A stretch of 64,000 bases of DNA from the human T2T-CHM13v2.0 reference genome, Homo sapiens. Below, one piece after another: positions 22,840 through 37,783 of the stretch (position 1 is the stretch's first letter; the number at the start of each line of letters is the position of its first letter). The stretch lies in assembly GCF_009914755.1 (NCBI RefSeq), contig NC_060929.1; one strand, 5' to 3'. Below the pieces are notes generated by a model. That model saw only the letters and a program-made list of their open reading frames with translations, had not been told where the DNA came from and made no database searches. Position numbers and translations under genes: made by a program.

Positions 22840-25800
22840 GAATTCCCAGTAACTTCCTTGTGTTGTGTACATTCAACTCACAGAGTTGAACGTTCCCTTA
22901 GAGCAGATTTGAAACACTCTTTTTGTGCAATTGGCAAGTGGAGATTTCAAGCGCTTTAAGGTCAATGGCAGAAAAGGAAATATCTTCGTTTCAAAACTAG
23001 GCAGAATCATTCCCACAAACTGCGTTGTGATGTGTTCGTTCATCTCAGAGAGTTTAACCTTTCTTTTCATAGAGCAGTTAGGAAACAGTCTGTTTGAAAA
23101 TTCTGTAAGTGGATATTCTGACATCTTGTGGCCTTCGTTGGAAACGGGATTTCTTCATATTCTGCTAGACAGAAGAATTCTCAGAATCTTCCTTGTGTTG
23201 TGTGTATTCAACTCACAGAGTTGAACGATGGTTTACACAGAGCAGATTTGAAACACTCATTTGGTGGAATTTGCAAGTGGAGATTTCAGCCGCTTTGAGG
23301 TCAATGGTAGAAAAGGAAATATCTTCGTATAACAACTAGACAGAATGATTCTCAGAAACTTCTTTGTGATGTGTGTGTTCAACTCACACAGTTTAACCTT
23401 TCTTTTCATAGAGCAGTTAGGAAACACTGTGTTTTTAAACTCTGCAAGTGGATATTCAGACCTCTTTGAGGCCTTCGTTAGAAACGGGTTTCTTCATACT
23501 GTGCTAGACAGAAGAATTCTCAGTAACTTCCTTGTGTTGTGTGTATTCAACTCACAGAGTTGAACGATCCTTTACACAGAGCAGACTTGAAACACTCTTT
23601 TTGTGGAATTTGCAAGTGGAGATTTCAGCCGCGTTGAGGTCAATGGTAGAAAAGGAAATATCTTCGTATAAAAACTAGACAGAATGATTCTCAGAAACTC
23701 CTTTGAGATGTGTGTGTTCAACTCACAGAGTTTAACCTTTCTTTTCATAGAGCAGTTAGGAATCACTCTGTTTGTAAAGTCTGCAAGTGGATATTCAGAC
23801 CTCTTTGAGGCCTTCGTTGGAAACGGGTTTTTTTCATATAAGGCTAGACAGAAGAATTCCCAGTAACTTCCTTGTGTTGTGTGTGTTCAACTCACAGAGT
23901 TGAACTTTCATTTACACAGAGCAGATTTGAAACACTCTTTTTGTGGAATTTGCAAATGGAGATTTCAAGCGCTTTGAGGCCAAAGGCAGAAAAGGAAATA
24001 TCTTCGTATAAAAACTAGACAGAATCATTCTCAGAAACTGCTCTGCGATGTGTGCGTTCAACTCTCAGAGTTTAACTTTGCTTTTCATTCAGCAGTTTGG
24101 AAACACTCTGTTTGTAAAGTCTGCACGTGGATAATTTGACCACTTAGAGGCCTTCGTTGGAAACGGGTTTTTTTCATGTAAGGCTAGACAGAAGAATTCT
24201 CAGTAACTTCCTTGTGTTGTGTGTATTCAACTCACAGAGTTGAACGATCCTTTACACAGAGCAGACTTGTAACACTCTTTTTGTGGAATTTGCAAGTGGA
24301 GATTTCAGCCGCTTTGAAGTCAAAGGTAGAAAAGGAAATATCTTACTATAAAAACTACACAGAATGATTCTCAGAAACTCCTTTGTGATGTGTGCGTTCA
24401 ACTCACAGAGTTTAACCTTTCTTTTCATAGAGGAGTTAGGAAACACTCTGTTTGTAAAGTCTGCAAGTGGATATTCAGACCTCTTTGAGGCCTTCGTTGG
24501 AAACGGGTTTTTTTCATATAAGGCTAGACAGAAGAATTCCCAGTAACTTCCTTGTGTTGTGTGTGTTCAACTCACAGAGTTGAACTTTCATTTACACAGA
24601 GCAGATTTGAAACACTCTTTTTGTGGAATTTGCAATTGGAGATTTCAAGCGCTTTGAGGCCAAAGGCAGAAAAGGAAATATCTTCGTATAAAAACTAGAC
24701 AGAATCATTCTCAGAAACTGCTCTGTGATGTGTGCGTTCAACTCTCAGAGTTTAACTTTTCTTTTCATTCAGCAGTTTGGAAACACTCTGTTTGTAAAGT
24801 CTGCACGTGGATAATTTGACCACTTAGAGGCCTTCGTTGGAAACGGGTTTTTTTCATGTAAGGCTAGACAGAAGAGTTCTCAGTAACTTCCTTGTGTTGT
24901 GTGTATTCAACTCACAGAGTTGAACGATCCTTTACACAGAGCAGACTTGTAACACTCTTTTTGTGGAATTTGCAAGTGGAGATTTCAGCCGCTTTGAAGT
25001 CAAAGTAGAAAAGGAAATATCTGCCTATAAAAACTAGACAGAATGATTCTCAGAAACTCCTTTGTGATGTGTGCGTTCAACTCACAGAGTTTAACCTTTC
25101 TTTTCATAGAGCAGTTAGGAAACACTCTGTTTGTAAAGTCTGCAAGTGGATATTCAGACCTCTTTGAGGCCTTCGTTGGAAACGGGTTTTTTTCATATAA
25201 GGCTAGACAGAAGAATTCCCAGTAACTTCCTTGTGTTGTGTGTGTTCAACTCACAGAGTTGAACTTTCATTTACACAGAGCAGATTTGAAACACTCTTTT
25301 TGTGGAATTTGCAGGTGGAGATTTCAAGCGCTTTGAGGCCAAAGGCAGAAAAGGAAATATCTTCGTATAAAAACTAGACAGAATCATTCTCAGAAACTGC
25401 TCTGCGATGTGTGCGTTCAACTCTCAGAGTTTAACTTTTCTTTTCATTCAGCAGTTTGGAAACACTCTGTTTGTAAAGTCTGCACGTGGATAATTTGACC
25501 ACTTAGAGGCCTTCGTTGGAAACGGGTTTTTTTCATGTAAGGCTAGACAGAAGAATTCTCAGTAACTTCCTTGTGTTGTGTGTATTCAACTCACAGAGTT
25601 GAACGATCCTTTACACAGAGCAGACTTGTAACACTCTTTTTGTGGAATTTGCAAGTGGAGATTTCAGCCGCTTTGAAGTCAAAGGTAGAAAAGGAAATAT
25701 CTTCCTATAAAAACTAGACAGAATGATTCTCAGAAACTCCTTTGTGATGTGTGCGTTCAACTCACAGAGTTTAACCTTTCTTTTCATAGAGCAGTTAGGA

Positions 25801-26232
25801 AACACTCTGCTTGTAAAGTCTGCAAGTGGATATTCAGCCCTCTTTGAGGCCTTCGTTGGAAACGGGTTTTTTTCATATAAGGCTAGACAGAAGAATTCCC
25901 AGTAACTTCCTTGTGTTGTGTGTGTTCAACTCACAGAGTTGAACTTTGATTTACACAGAGCAGATTTGAAACACTCTTTTTGTGGAATTTGCAAGTGGAG
26001 ATTTCAAGCGCTTTGAGGCCAAAGGCAGAAAAGGAAATATCTTCGTATAAAAACTAGACAGAATCATTCTCAGAAACTGCTCTGCGATGTGTGCGTTCAA
26101 CTCTCAGAGTTTAACTTTTCTTTTCATTCAGCAGTTTGGAAACACTCTGTTTGTAAAGTCTGCACGTGGATATTTTGACCACTTAGAGGCCTTCGTTGGA
26201 AACGGGTTTTTTTCCTGTAAGGCTAGACAGAA
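22840..26232 (+). repeat. HOR unit 8, 20-mer with A'B' head and a 4 bp deletion, 3393 bp
   Basis: A-marker spacing; CCCTTAGAGCAG in place of CCCTTAGACAGAGCAG. Confidence 0.9.
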
Positions 26233-29200
26233 GAATTCCCAGTAACTTCCTTGTGTTGTGTACATTCAACTCACAGAGTTGAACGTTCCCTTAGACAGAG
26301 CAGATTTGAAACACTCTTTTTGTGCAATTGGCAAGTGGAGATTTCAAGCGCTTTAAGGTCAATGGCAGAAAAGGAAATATCTTCGTTTCAAAACTAGACA
26401 GAATCATTCCCACAAACTGCGCTGTGATGTGTTCGTTCATCTCACAGAGTTTAACCTTTCTTTTCATAGAGCAGTTAGGAAACACTCTGTTTGTAAATTC
26501 TGTAAGTGGATATTCTGACATCTTGTGGCCTTCGTTGGAAACCGGATTTCTTCATATTCTGCTAGACAGAAGAATTCTCAGAATCTTCCTTGTGTTGTGT
26601 GTATTCAACTCACACAGTTGAACGATGGTTTACACAGAGCAGATTTGAAACACTCTTTTTGTGGAATTTGCAAGTGGAGATTTCAGCCGCTTTGAGGTCA
26701 ATGGTAGAAAAGGAAATATCTTCGTATAAAAACTAGACAGAATGATTCTCAGAAACTTCTTTGTGATGTGTGCGTTCAACTCACAGAGTTTAACCTTTCT
26801 TTTCATAGAGCAGTTAGGAAACACTCTGTTTGTAAACTCTGCAAGTGGATATTCAGACCTCTTTGAGGCCTTCGTTGGAAACGGGATTTCTTCATACTGT
26901 GCTAGACAGAAGAATTCTCAGTAACTTCCTTGTGTTGTGTGTATTCAACTCACAGAGTTGAACGATCCTTTACACAGAGCAGACTTGAAACACTCTTTTT
27001 GTGGAATTTGCAAGTGGAGATTTCAGCCGCGTTGAGGTCAATGGTAGAAAAGGAAATATCTTCGTATAAAAACTAGACAGAATGATTCTCAGAAACTCCT
27101 TTGAGATGTGTGTGTTCAACTCACAGAGTTTAACCTTTCTTTTCATAGAGCAGTTAGGAATCACTCTGTTTGTAAAGTCTGCAAGTGGATATTCAGACCT
27201 CTTTGAGGCCTTCGTTGGAAACGGGTTTTTTTCATATAAGGCTAGACAGAAGAATTCCCAGTAACTTCCTTGTGTTGTGTGTGTTCAACTCACAGAGTTG
27301 AACTTTCATTTACACAGAGCAGATTTGAAACACTCTTTTTGTGGAATTTGCAAATGGAGATTTCAAGCGCTTTGAGGCCAAAGGCAGAAAAGGAAATATC
27401 TTCGTATAAAAACTAGACAGAATCATTCTCAGAAACTGCTCTGCGATGTGTGCGTTCAACTCTCAGAGTTTAACTTTGCTTTTCATTCAGCAGTTTGGAA
27501 ACACTCTGTTTGTAAAGTCTGCACGTGGATAATTTGACCACTTAGAGGCCTTCGTTGGAAACGGGTTTTTTTCATGTAAGGCTAGACAGAAGAATTCTCA
27601 GTAACTTCCTTGTGTTGTGTGTATTCAACTCACACAGTTGAACGATCCTTTACACAGAGCAGACTTGTAACACTCTTTTTGTGGAATTTGCAAGTGGAGA
27701 TTTCAGCCGCTTTGAAGTCAAATGTAGAAAAGGAAATATCTTCCTATAAAAACTAGACAGAATGATTCTCAGAAACTCCTTTGTGATGTGTGCGTTCAAC
27801 TCACAGAGTTTAACCTTTCTTTTCATAGAGCAGTTAGGAAACACTCTGTTTGTAAAGTCTGCAAGTGGATATTCAGACCTCTTTGAGGCCTTCGTTGGAA
27901 ACGGGTTTTTTTCATATAAGGCTAGACAGAAGAATTCCCAGTAACTTCCTTGTGTTGTGTGTGTTCAACTCACAGAGTTGAACTTTCATTTACACAGAGC
28001 AGATTTGAAACACTCTTTTTGTGGAATTTGCAAGTGGAGATTTCAAGCGCTTTGAGGCCAAAGGCAGAAAAGGAAATATCTTCGTATAAAAACTAGACAG
28101 AATCATTCTCAGAAACTGCTCTGTGATGTGTGCGTTCAACTCTCAGAGTTTAACTTTTCTTTTCATTCAGCAGTTTGGAAACACTCTGTTTGTAAAGTCT
28201 GCACGTGGATAATTTGACCACTTAGAGGCCTTCGTTGGAAACGGGTTTTTTTCATGTAAGGCTAGACAGAAGAGTTCTCAGTAACTTCCTTGTGTTGTGT
28301 GTATTCAACTCACAGAGTTGAACGGTCCTTTACACAGAGCAGACTTGTAACACTCTTTTTGTGGAATTTGCAAGTGGAGATTTCAGCCGCTTTGAAGTCA
28401 AAGTAGAAAAGGAAATATCTTCCTATAAAAACTAGACAGAATGATTCTCAGAAACTCCTTTGTGATGTGTGCGTTCAACTCACAGAGTTTAACCTTTCTT
28501 TTCATAGAGCAGTTAGGAAACACTCTGTTTGTAAAGTCTGCAAGTGGATATTCAGACCTCTTTGAGGCCTTCGTTGGAAACGGGTTTTTTTCATATAAGG
28601 CTAGACAGAAGAATTCCCAGTAACTTCCTTGTGTTGTGTGTGTTCAACTCACAGAGTTGAACTTTCATTTACACAGAGCAGATTTGAAACACTCTTTTTG
28701 TGGAATTTGCAGGTGGAGATTTCAAGCGCTTTGAGGCCAAAGGCAGAAAAGGAAATATCTTCGTATAAAAACTAGACAGAATCATTCTCAGAAACTGCTC
28801 TGCGATGTGTGCGTTCAACTCTCAGAGTTTAACTTTTCTTTTCATTCAGCAGTTTGGAAACACTCTGTTTGTAAAGTCTGCACGTGGATAATTTGACCAC
28901 TTAGAGGCCTTCGTTGGAAACGGGTTTTTTTCATGGAAGGCTAGACAGAAGAATTCTCAGTAACTTCCTTGTGTTGTGTGTATTCAACTCACAGAGTTGA
29001 ACGATCCTTTACACAGAGCAGACTTGTAACACTCTTTTTGTGGAATTTGCAAGTGGAGATTTCAGCCGCTTTGAAGTCAAAGGTAGAAAAGGAAATATCT
29101 TCCTATAAAAACTAGACAGAATGATTCTCAGAAACTCCTTTGTGATGTGTGCGTTCAACTCACAGAGTTTAACCTTTCTTTTCATAGAGCAGTTAGGAAA

Positions 29201-29630
29201 CACTCTGCTTGTAAAGTCTGCAAGTGGATATTCAGCCCTCTTTGAGGCCTTCGTTGGAAACGGGTTTTTTTCATATAAGGCTAGACAGAAGAATTCCCAG
29301 TAACTTCCTTGTGTTGTGTGTGTTCAACTCACAGAGTTGAACTTTCATTTACACAGAGCAGATTTGAAACACTCTTTTTGTGGAATTTGCAAGTGGAGAT
29401 TTCAAGCGCTTTGAGGCCAAAGGCAGAAAAGGAAATATCTTCGTATAAAAACTAGACAGAATCATTCTCAGAAACTGCTCTGCGATGTGTGCGTTCAACT
29501 CTCAGAGTTTAACTTTTCTTTTCATTCAGCAGTTTGGAAACACTCTGTTTGTAAAGTCTGCACGTGGATATTTTGACCACTTAGAGGCCTTCGTTGGAAA
29601 CGGGTTTTTTTCCTGTAAGGCTAGACAGAA
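26233..29630 (+). repeat. HOR unit 9, 20-mer, 3398 bp
   Basis: A-marker spacing. Confidence 0.9.
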
Positions 29631-32347
29631 GAATTCCCAGTAACTTCCTTGTGTTGTGTACATTCAACTCACAGAGTTGAACGTTCCCTTAGACAGAGCA
29701 GATTTGAAACACTCTTTTTGTGCAATTGGCAAGTGGAGATTTCAAGCGCTTTGAGGTCAATGGCAGAAAAGGAAATATCTTCGTTTCAAAACTAGACAGA
29801 ATCATTCCCACAAACTGCGTTGTGATGTGTTCGTTCAACACACAGAGTTTAACCTTTCTTTTCATAGAGCAGTTAGGAAACAGTCTGTTTGAAAATTCTG
29901 TAAGTGGATATTCTGACATCTTGTGGCCTTCGTTGGAAACGGGATTTCTTCATATTCTGCTAGACAGAAGAATTCTCAGAATCTTCCTTGTGTTGTGTGT
30001 ATTCAACTCACAGAGTTGAACGATGGTTTACACAGAGCAGATTTGAAACACTCATTTGGTGGAATTTGCAAGTGGAGATTTCAGCCGCTTTGAGGTCAAT
30101 GGTAGAAAAGGAAATATCTTCGTATAACAACTAGACAGAATGATTCTCAGAAACTTCTTTGTGATGTGTGTGTTCAACTCACAGAGTTTAACCTTTCTTT
30201 TCATAGAGCAGTTAGGAAACACTGTGTTTTTAAACTCTGCAAGTGGATATTCAGACCTCTTTGAGGCCTTCGTTGGAAACGGGTTTCTTCATACTGTGCT
30301 AGACAGAAGAATTCTCAGTAACTTCCTTGTGTTGTGTGTATTCAACTCACAGAGTTGAACGATCCTTTACACAGAGCAGACTTGAAACACTCTTTTTGTG
30401 GAATTTGCAAGTGGAGATTTCAGCCGCGTTGAGGTCAATGGTAGAAAAGGAAATATCTTCGTATAAAAACTAGACAGAATGATTCTCAGAAACTCCTTTG
30501 AGATGTGTGTGTTCAACTCACAGAGTTTAACCTTTCTTTTCATAGAGCAGTTAGGAATCACTCTGTTTGTAAAGTCTGCAAGTGGATATTCAGACCTCTT
30601 TGAGGCCTTCGTTGGAAACGGGTTTTTTTCATATAAGGCTAGACAGAAGAATTCCCAGTAACTTCCTTGTGTTGTGTGTGTTCAACTCACAGAGTTGAAC
30701 TTTCATTTACACAGAGCAGATTTGAAACACTCTTTTTGTGGAATTTGCAATTGGAGATTTCAAGCGCTTTGAGGCCAAAGGCAGAAAAGGAAATATCTTC
30801 GTATAAAAACTAGACAGAATCATTCTCAGAAACTGCTCTGTGATGTGTGCGTTCAACTCTCAGAGTTTAACTTTTCTTTTCATTCAGCAGTTTGGAAACA
30901 CTCTGTTTGTAAAGTCTGCACGTGGATAATTTGACCACTTAGAGGCCTTCGTTGGAAACGGGTTTTTTTCATGTAAGGCTAGACAGAAGAGTTCTCAGTA
31001 ACTTCCTTGTGTTGTGTGTATTCAACTCACAGAGTTGAACGATCCTTTACACAGAGCAGACTTGTAACACTCTTTTTGTGGAATTTGCAAGTGGAGATTT
31101 CAGCCGCTTTGAAGTCAAAGTAGAAAAGGAAATATCTTCGTATAAAAACTAGACAGAATGATTCTCAGAAACTCCTTTGTGATGTGTGCGTTCAACTCAC
31201 AGAGTTTAACCTTTCTTTTCATAGAGCAGTTAGGAAACACTCTGTTTGTAAAGTCTGCAAGTGGATATTCAGACCTCTTTGAGGCCTTCGTTGGAAACGG
31301 GTTTTTTTCATATAAGGCTAGACAGAAGAATTCCCAGTAACTTCCTTGTGTTGTGTGTGTTCAACTCACAGAGTTGAACTTTCATTTACACAGAGCAGAT
31401 TTGAAACACTCTTTTTGTGGAATTTGCAGGTGGAGATTTCAAGCGCTTTGAGGCCAAAGGCAGAAAAGGAAATATCTTCGTATAAAAACTAGACAGAATC
31501 ATTCTCAGAAACTGCTCTGCGATGTGTGCGTTCAACTCTCAGAGTTTAACTTTTCTTTTCATTCAGCAGTTTGGAAACACTCTGTTTGTAAAGTCTGCAC
31601 GTGGATAATTTGACCACTTAGAGGCCTTCGTTGGAAACGGGTTTTTTTCATGTAAGGCTAGACAGAAGAATTCTCAGTAACTTCCTTGTGTTGTGTGTAT
31701 TCAACTCACAGAGTTGAACGATCCTTTACACAGAGCAGACTTGTAACACTCTTTTTGTGGAATTTGCAAGTGGAGATTTCAGCCGCTTTGAAGTCAAAGG
31801 TAGAAAAGGAAATATCTTCCTATAAAAACTAGACAGAATGATTCTCAGAAACTCCTTTGTGATGTGTGCGTTCAACTCACAGAGTTTAACCTTTCTTTTC
31901 ATAGAGCAGTTAGGAAACACTCTGCTTGTAAAGTCTGCAAGTGGATATTCAGCCCTCTTTGAGGCCTTCGTTGGAAACGGGTTTTTTTCATATAAGGCTA
32001 GACAGAAGAATTCCCAGTAACTTCCTTGTGTTGTGTGTGTTCAACTCACAGAGTTGAACTTTGATTTACACAGAGCAGATTTGAAACACTCTTTTTGTGG
32101 AATTTGCAAGTGGAGATTTCAAGCGCTTTGAGGCCAAAGGCAGAAAAGGAAATATCTTCGTATAAAAACTAGACAGAATCATTCTCAGAAACTGCTCTGC
32201 GATGTGTGCGTTCAACTCTCAGAGTTTAACTTTTCTTTTCATTCAGCAGTTTGGAAACACTCTGTTTGTAAAGTCTGCACGTGGATATTTTGACCACTTA
32301 GAGGCCTTCGTTGGAAACGGGTTTTTTTCCTGTAAGGCTAGACAGAA
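29631..32347 (+). repeat. HOR unit 10, 16-mer with A'B' head, 2717 bp
   Basis: A-marker spacing. Confidence 0.9.
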
Positions 32348-34385
32348 GAATTCCCAGTAACTTCCTTGTGTTGTGTACATTCAACTCACAGAGTTGAACG
32401 TTCCCTTAGACAGAGCAGATTTGAAACACTCTTTTTGTGCAATTGGCAAGTGGAGATTTCAAGCGCTTTAAGGTCAATGGCAGAAAAGGAAATATCTTCG
32501 TTTCAAAACTAGACAGAATCATTCCCACAAACTGCGCTGTGATGTGTTCGTTCATCTCACAGAGTTTAACCTTTCTTTTCATAGAGCAGTTAGGAAACAC
32601 TCTGTTTGTAAATTCTGTAAGTGGATATTCTGACATCTTGTGGCCTTCGTTGGAAACGGGATTTCTTCATATTCTGCTAGACAGAAGAATTCTCAGAATC
32701 TTCCTTGTGTTGTGTGTATTCAACTCACACAGTTGAACGATGGTTTACACAGAGCAGATTTGAAACACTCTTTTTGTGGAATTTGCAAGTGGAGATTTCA
32801 GCCGCTTTGAGGTCAATGGTAGAAAAGGAAATATCTTCGTATAAAAACTAGACAGAATGATTCTCAGAAACTTCTTTGTGATGTGTGCGTTCAACTCACA
32901 GAGTTTAACCTTTCTTTTCATAGAGCAGTTAGGAAACACTCTGTTTGTAAACTCTGCAAGTGGATATTCAGACCTCTTTGAGGCCTTCGTTGGAAATGGG
33001 ATTTCTTCATACTGTGCTAGACAGAAGAATTCTCAGTAACTTCCTTGTGTTGTGTGTATTCAACTCACAGAGTTGAACGATCCTTTACACAGAGCAGACT
33101 TGAAACACTCTTTTTGTGGAATTTGCAAGTGGAGATTTCAGCCGCGTTGAGGTCAATGGTAGAAAAGGAAATATCTTCGTATAAAAACTAGACAGAATGA
33201 TTCTCAGAAACTCCTTTGAGATGTGTGTGTTCAACTCACAGAGTTTAACCTTTCTTTTCATAGAGCAGTTAGGAATCACTCTGTTTGTAAAGTCTGCAAG
33301 TGGATATTCAGACCTCTTTGAGGCCTTCGTTGGAAACGGGTTTTTTTCATATAAGGCTAGACAGAAGAATTCCCAGTAACTTCCTTGTGTTGTGTGTGTT
33401 CAACTCACAGAGTTGAACTTTCATTTACACAGAGCAGATTTGAAACACTCTTTTTGTGGAATTTGCAAATGGAGATTTCAAGCGCTTTGAGGCCAAAGGC
33501 AGAAAAGGAAATATCTTCGTATAAAAACTAGACAGAATCATTCTCAGAAACTGCTCTGCGATGTGTGCGTTCAACTCTCAGAGTTTTACTTTGCTTTTCA
33601 TTCAGCAGTTTGGAAACACTCTGTTTGTAAAGTCTGCACGTGGATAATTTGACCACTTAGAGGCCTTCGTTGGAAACGGGTTTTTTTCATGTAAGGCTAG
33701 ACAGAAGAATTCTCAGTAACTTCCTTGTGTTGTGTGTATTCAACTCACAGAGTTGAACGATCCTTTACACAGAGCAGACTTGTAACACTCTTTTTGTGGA
33801 ATTTGCAAGTGGAGATTTCAGCCGCTTTGAAGTCAAAGTAGAAAAGGAAATATCTTCCTATAAAAACTAGACAGAATGATTCTCAGAAACTCCTTTGTGA
33901 TGTGTGCGTTCAACTCACAGAGTTTAACCTTTCTTTTCATAGAGCAGTTAGGAAACACTCTGTTTGTAAAGTCTGCAAGTGGATATTCAGACCTCTTTGA
34001 GGCCTTCGTTGGAAACGGGTTTTTTTCATATAAGGCTAGACAGAAGAATTCCCAGTAACTTCCTTGTGTTGTGTGTGTTCAACTCACAGAGTTGAACTTT
34101 CATTTACACAGAGCAGATTTGAAACACTCTTTTTGTGGAATTTGCAGGTGGAGATTTCAAGCGCTTTGAGGCCAAAGGCAGAAAAGGAAATATCTTCGTA
34201 TAAAAACTAGACAGAATCATTCTCAGAAACTGCTCTGCGATGTGTGCGTTCAACTCTCAGAGTTTAACTTTTCTTTTCATTCAGCAGTTTGGAAACACTC
34301 TGTTTGTAAAGTCTGCACGTGGATATTTTGACCACTTAGAGGCCTTCGTTGGAAACGGGTTTTTTTCCTGTAAGGCTAGACAGAA
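32348..34385 (+). repeat. HOR unit 11, 12-mer, 2038 bp
   Basis: A-marker spacing. Confidence 0.9.
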
Positions 34386-37300
34386 GAATTCCCAGTAACT
34401 TCCTTGTGTTGTGTACATTCAACTCACAGAGTTGAACGTTCCCTTAGACAGAGCAGATTTGAAACACACTTTTTGTGCAATTGGCAAGTGGAGATTTCAA
34501 GCGCTTTAAGGTCAATGGCAGAAAAGCAAATATCTTCGTTTCAAAACTAGACAGAATCATTCCCACAAACTGCGTTGTGATGTGTTCGTTCATCTCACAG
34601 AGTTTAACCTTTCTTTTCATAGAGCAGTTAGGAAACACTCTGTTTGTAAATTCTGTAAGTGGATATTCTGACATCTTGTGGCCTTCGTTGGAAACGGGAT
34701 TTCTTCATATTCTGCTAGACAGAAGAATTCTCAGAATCTTCCTTGTGTTGTGTGTATTCAACTCACACAGTTGAACGATGGTTTACACAGAGCAGATTTG
34801 AAACACTCTTTTTGTGGAATTTCCAAGTGGAGATTTCAGCCGCTTTGAGGTCAATGGTAGAAAAGGAAATATCTTCGTATAAAAACTAGACAGAATGATT
34901 CTCAGAAACTTCTTTGTGATGTGTGCGTTCAACTCACAGAGTTTAACCTTTCTTTTCATAGAGCAGTTAGGAAACACTCTGTTTGTAAACTCTGCAAGTG
35001 GATATTCAGACCTCTTTGAGGCCTTCGTTGGAAACGGGATTTCTTCATACTGTGCTAGACAGAAGAATTCTCAGTAACTTCCTTGTGTTGTGTGTATTCA
35101 ACTCACAGAGTTGAACGATCCTTTACACAGAGCAGACTTGAAACACTCTTTTTGTGGAATTTGCAAGTGGAGATTTCAGCCGCGTTGAGGTCAATGGTAG
35201 AAAAGGAAATATCTTCCTATAAAAACTAGACAGAATGATTCTCAGAAACTCCTTTGAGATGTGTGTGTTCAACTCACAGAGTTTAACCTTTCTTTTCATA
35301 GAGCAGTTAGGAATCACTCTGTTTGTAAAGTCTGCAAGTGGATATTCAGACCTCTTTGAGGCCTTCGTTGGAAACGGGTTTTTTTCATATAAGGCTAGAC
35401 AGAAGAATTCCCAGTAACTTCCTTGTGTTGTGTGTGTTCAACTCACAGAGTTGAACTTTCATTTACACAGAGCAGATTTGAAACACTCTTTTTGTGGAAT
35501 TTGCAAATGGAGATTACAAGCGCTTTGAGGCCAAAGGCAGAAAAGGAAATATCTTCGTATAAAAACTAGACAGAATCATTCTCAGAAACTGCTCTGCGAT
35601 GTGTGCGTTCAACTCTCAGAGTTTAACTTTGCTTTTCATTCAGCAGTTTGGAAACACTCTGTTTGTAAAGTCTGCACGTCGATAATTTGACCACTTAGAG
35701 GCCTTCGTTGGAAACGGGTTTTTTTCATGTAAGGCTAGACAGAAGAATTCTCAGTAACTTCCTTGTGTTGTGTGTATTCAACTCACAGAGTTGAACGATC
35801 CTTTACACAGAGCAGACTTGTAACACTCTTTTTGTGGAATTTGCAAGTGGAGATTTCAGCCGCTTTGAAGTCAAAGGTAGAAAAGGAAATATCTTCCTAT
35901 AAAAACTACACAGAATTATTCTCAGAAACTCCTTTGTGATGTGTGCGTTCAACTCACAGAGTTTAACCTTTCTTTTCATAGAGGAGTTAGGAAACACTCT
36001 GTTTGTAAAGTCTGCAAGTGGATATTCAGCCCTCTTTGAGGCCTTCGTTGGAAACGGGTTTTTTTCATATAAGGCTAGACGGAAGAATTCCCAGTAACTT
36101 CCTTGTGTTGTGTGTGTTCAACTCACAGAGTTGAACTTTCATTTACACAGAGCAGATTTGAAACACTCTTTTTGTGGAATTTGCAATTGGAGATTTCAAG
36201 CGCTTTGAGGCCAAAGGCAGAAAAGGAAATATCTTCGTATAAAAACTAGACAGAATCATTCTCAGAAACTGCTCTGTGATGTGTTCGTTCAACTCTCAGA
36301 GTTTAACTTTTCTTTTCATTCAGCAGTTTGGAAACACTCTGTTTGTAAAGTCTGCACGTGGATAATTTGACCACTTAGAGGCCTTCATTGGAAACGGGTT
36401 TTTTTCATGTAAGGCTAGACAGAAGAGTTCTCAGTAACTTCCTTGTGTTGTGTGTATTCAACTCACACAGTTGAACGATCCTTTACAGAGAGCAGACTTG
36501 TAACACTCTTTTTGTGGAATTTGCAAGTGGAGATTTCAGCCGCTTTGAAGTCAAAGTAGAAAAGGAAATATCTGCCTATAAAAACTAGACAGAATGATTC
36601 TCAGAAACTCCTTTGTGATGTGTGCGTTCAACTCACAGAGTTTAACCTTTCTTTTCATAGAGCAGTTAGGAAACACTCTGTTTGTAAAGTCTGCAAGTGG
36701 ATATTCAGACCTCTTTGAGGCCTTCGTTGGAAACGGGTTTTTTTCATATAAGGCTAGACAGAAGAATTCCCAGTAACTTCCTTGTGTTGTGTGTGTTCAA
36801 CTCACAGAGTTGAACTTTCATTTACACAGAGCAGATTTGAAACACTCTTTTTGTGGAATTTGCAGGTGGAGATTTCAAGCGCTTTGAGGCCAAAGGCAGA
36901 AAAGGAAATATCTTCGTATAAAAACTAGACAGAATCATTCTCAGAAACTGCTCTGCGATGTGTGCGTTCAACTCTCAGAGTTTAACTTTTCTTTTCATTC
37001 AGCAGTTTGGAAACACTCTGTTTGTAAAGTCTTCACGTGGATAATTTGACCACTTAGAGGCCTTCGTTGGAAACGGGTTTTTTTCATGTAAGGCTAGACA
37101 GAAGAATTCTCAGTAACTTCCTTGTGTTGTGTGTATTCAACTCACAGAGTTGAACGATCCTTTACACAGAGCAGACTTGTAACACTCTTTTTGTGGAATT
37201 TGCAAGTGGAGATTTCAGCCGCTTTGAAGTCAAAGGTAGAAAAGGAAATATCTTCCTATAAAAACTAGACAGAATGATTCTCAGAAACTCCTTTGTGATG

Positions 37301-37783
37301 TGTGCGTTCAACTCACAGAGTTTAACCTTTCTTTTCATAGAGCAGTTAGGAAACACTCTGCTTGTAAAGTCTGCAAGTGGATATTCAGCCCTCTTTGAGG
37401 CCTTCGTTGGAAACGGGTTTTTTTCATATAAGGCTAGACAGAAGAATTCCCAGTAACTTCCTTGTGTTGTGTGTGTTCAACTCACAGAGTTGAACTTTGA
37501 TTTACACAGAGCAGATTTGAAACACTCTTTTTGTGGAATTTGCAAGTGGAGATTTCAAGCGCTTTGAGGCCAAAGGCAGAAAAGGAAATATCTTCGTATA
37601 AAAACTAGACAGAATCATTCTCAGAAACTGCTCTGCGATGTGTGCGTTCAACTCTCAGAGTTTAACTTTTCTTTTCATTCAGCAGTTTGGAAACACTCTG
37701 TTTGTAAAGTCTGCACGTGGATATTTTGACCACTTAGAGGCCTTCGTTGGAAACGGGTTTTTTTCCTGTAAGGCTAGACAGAA
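34386..37783 (+). repeat. HOR unit 12, 20-mer, 3398 bp
   Basis: A-marker spacing. Confidence 0.9.
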
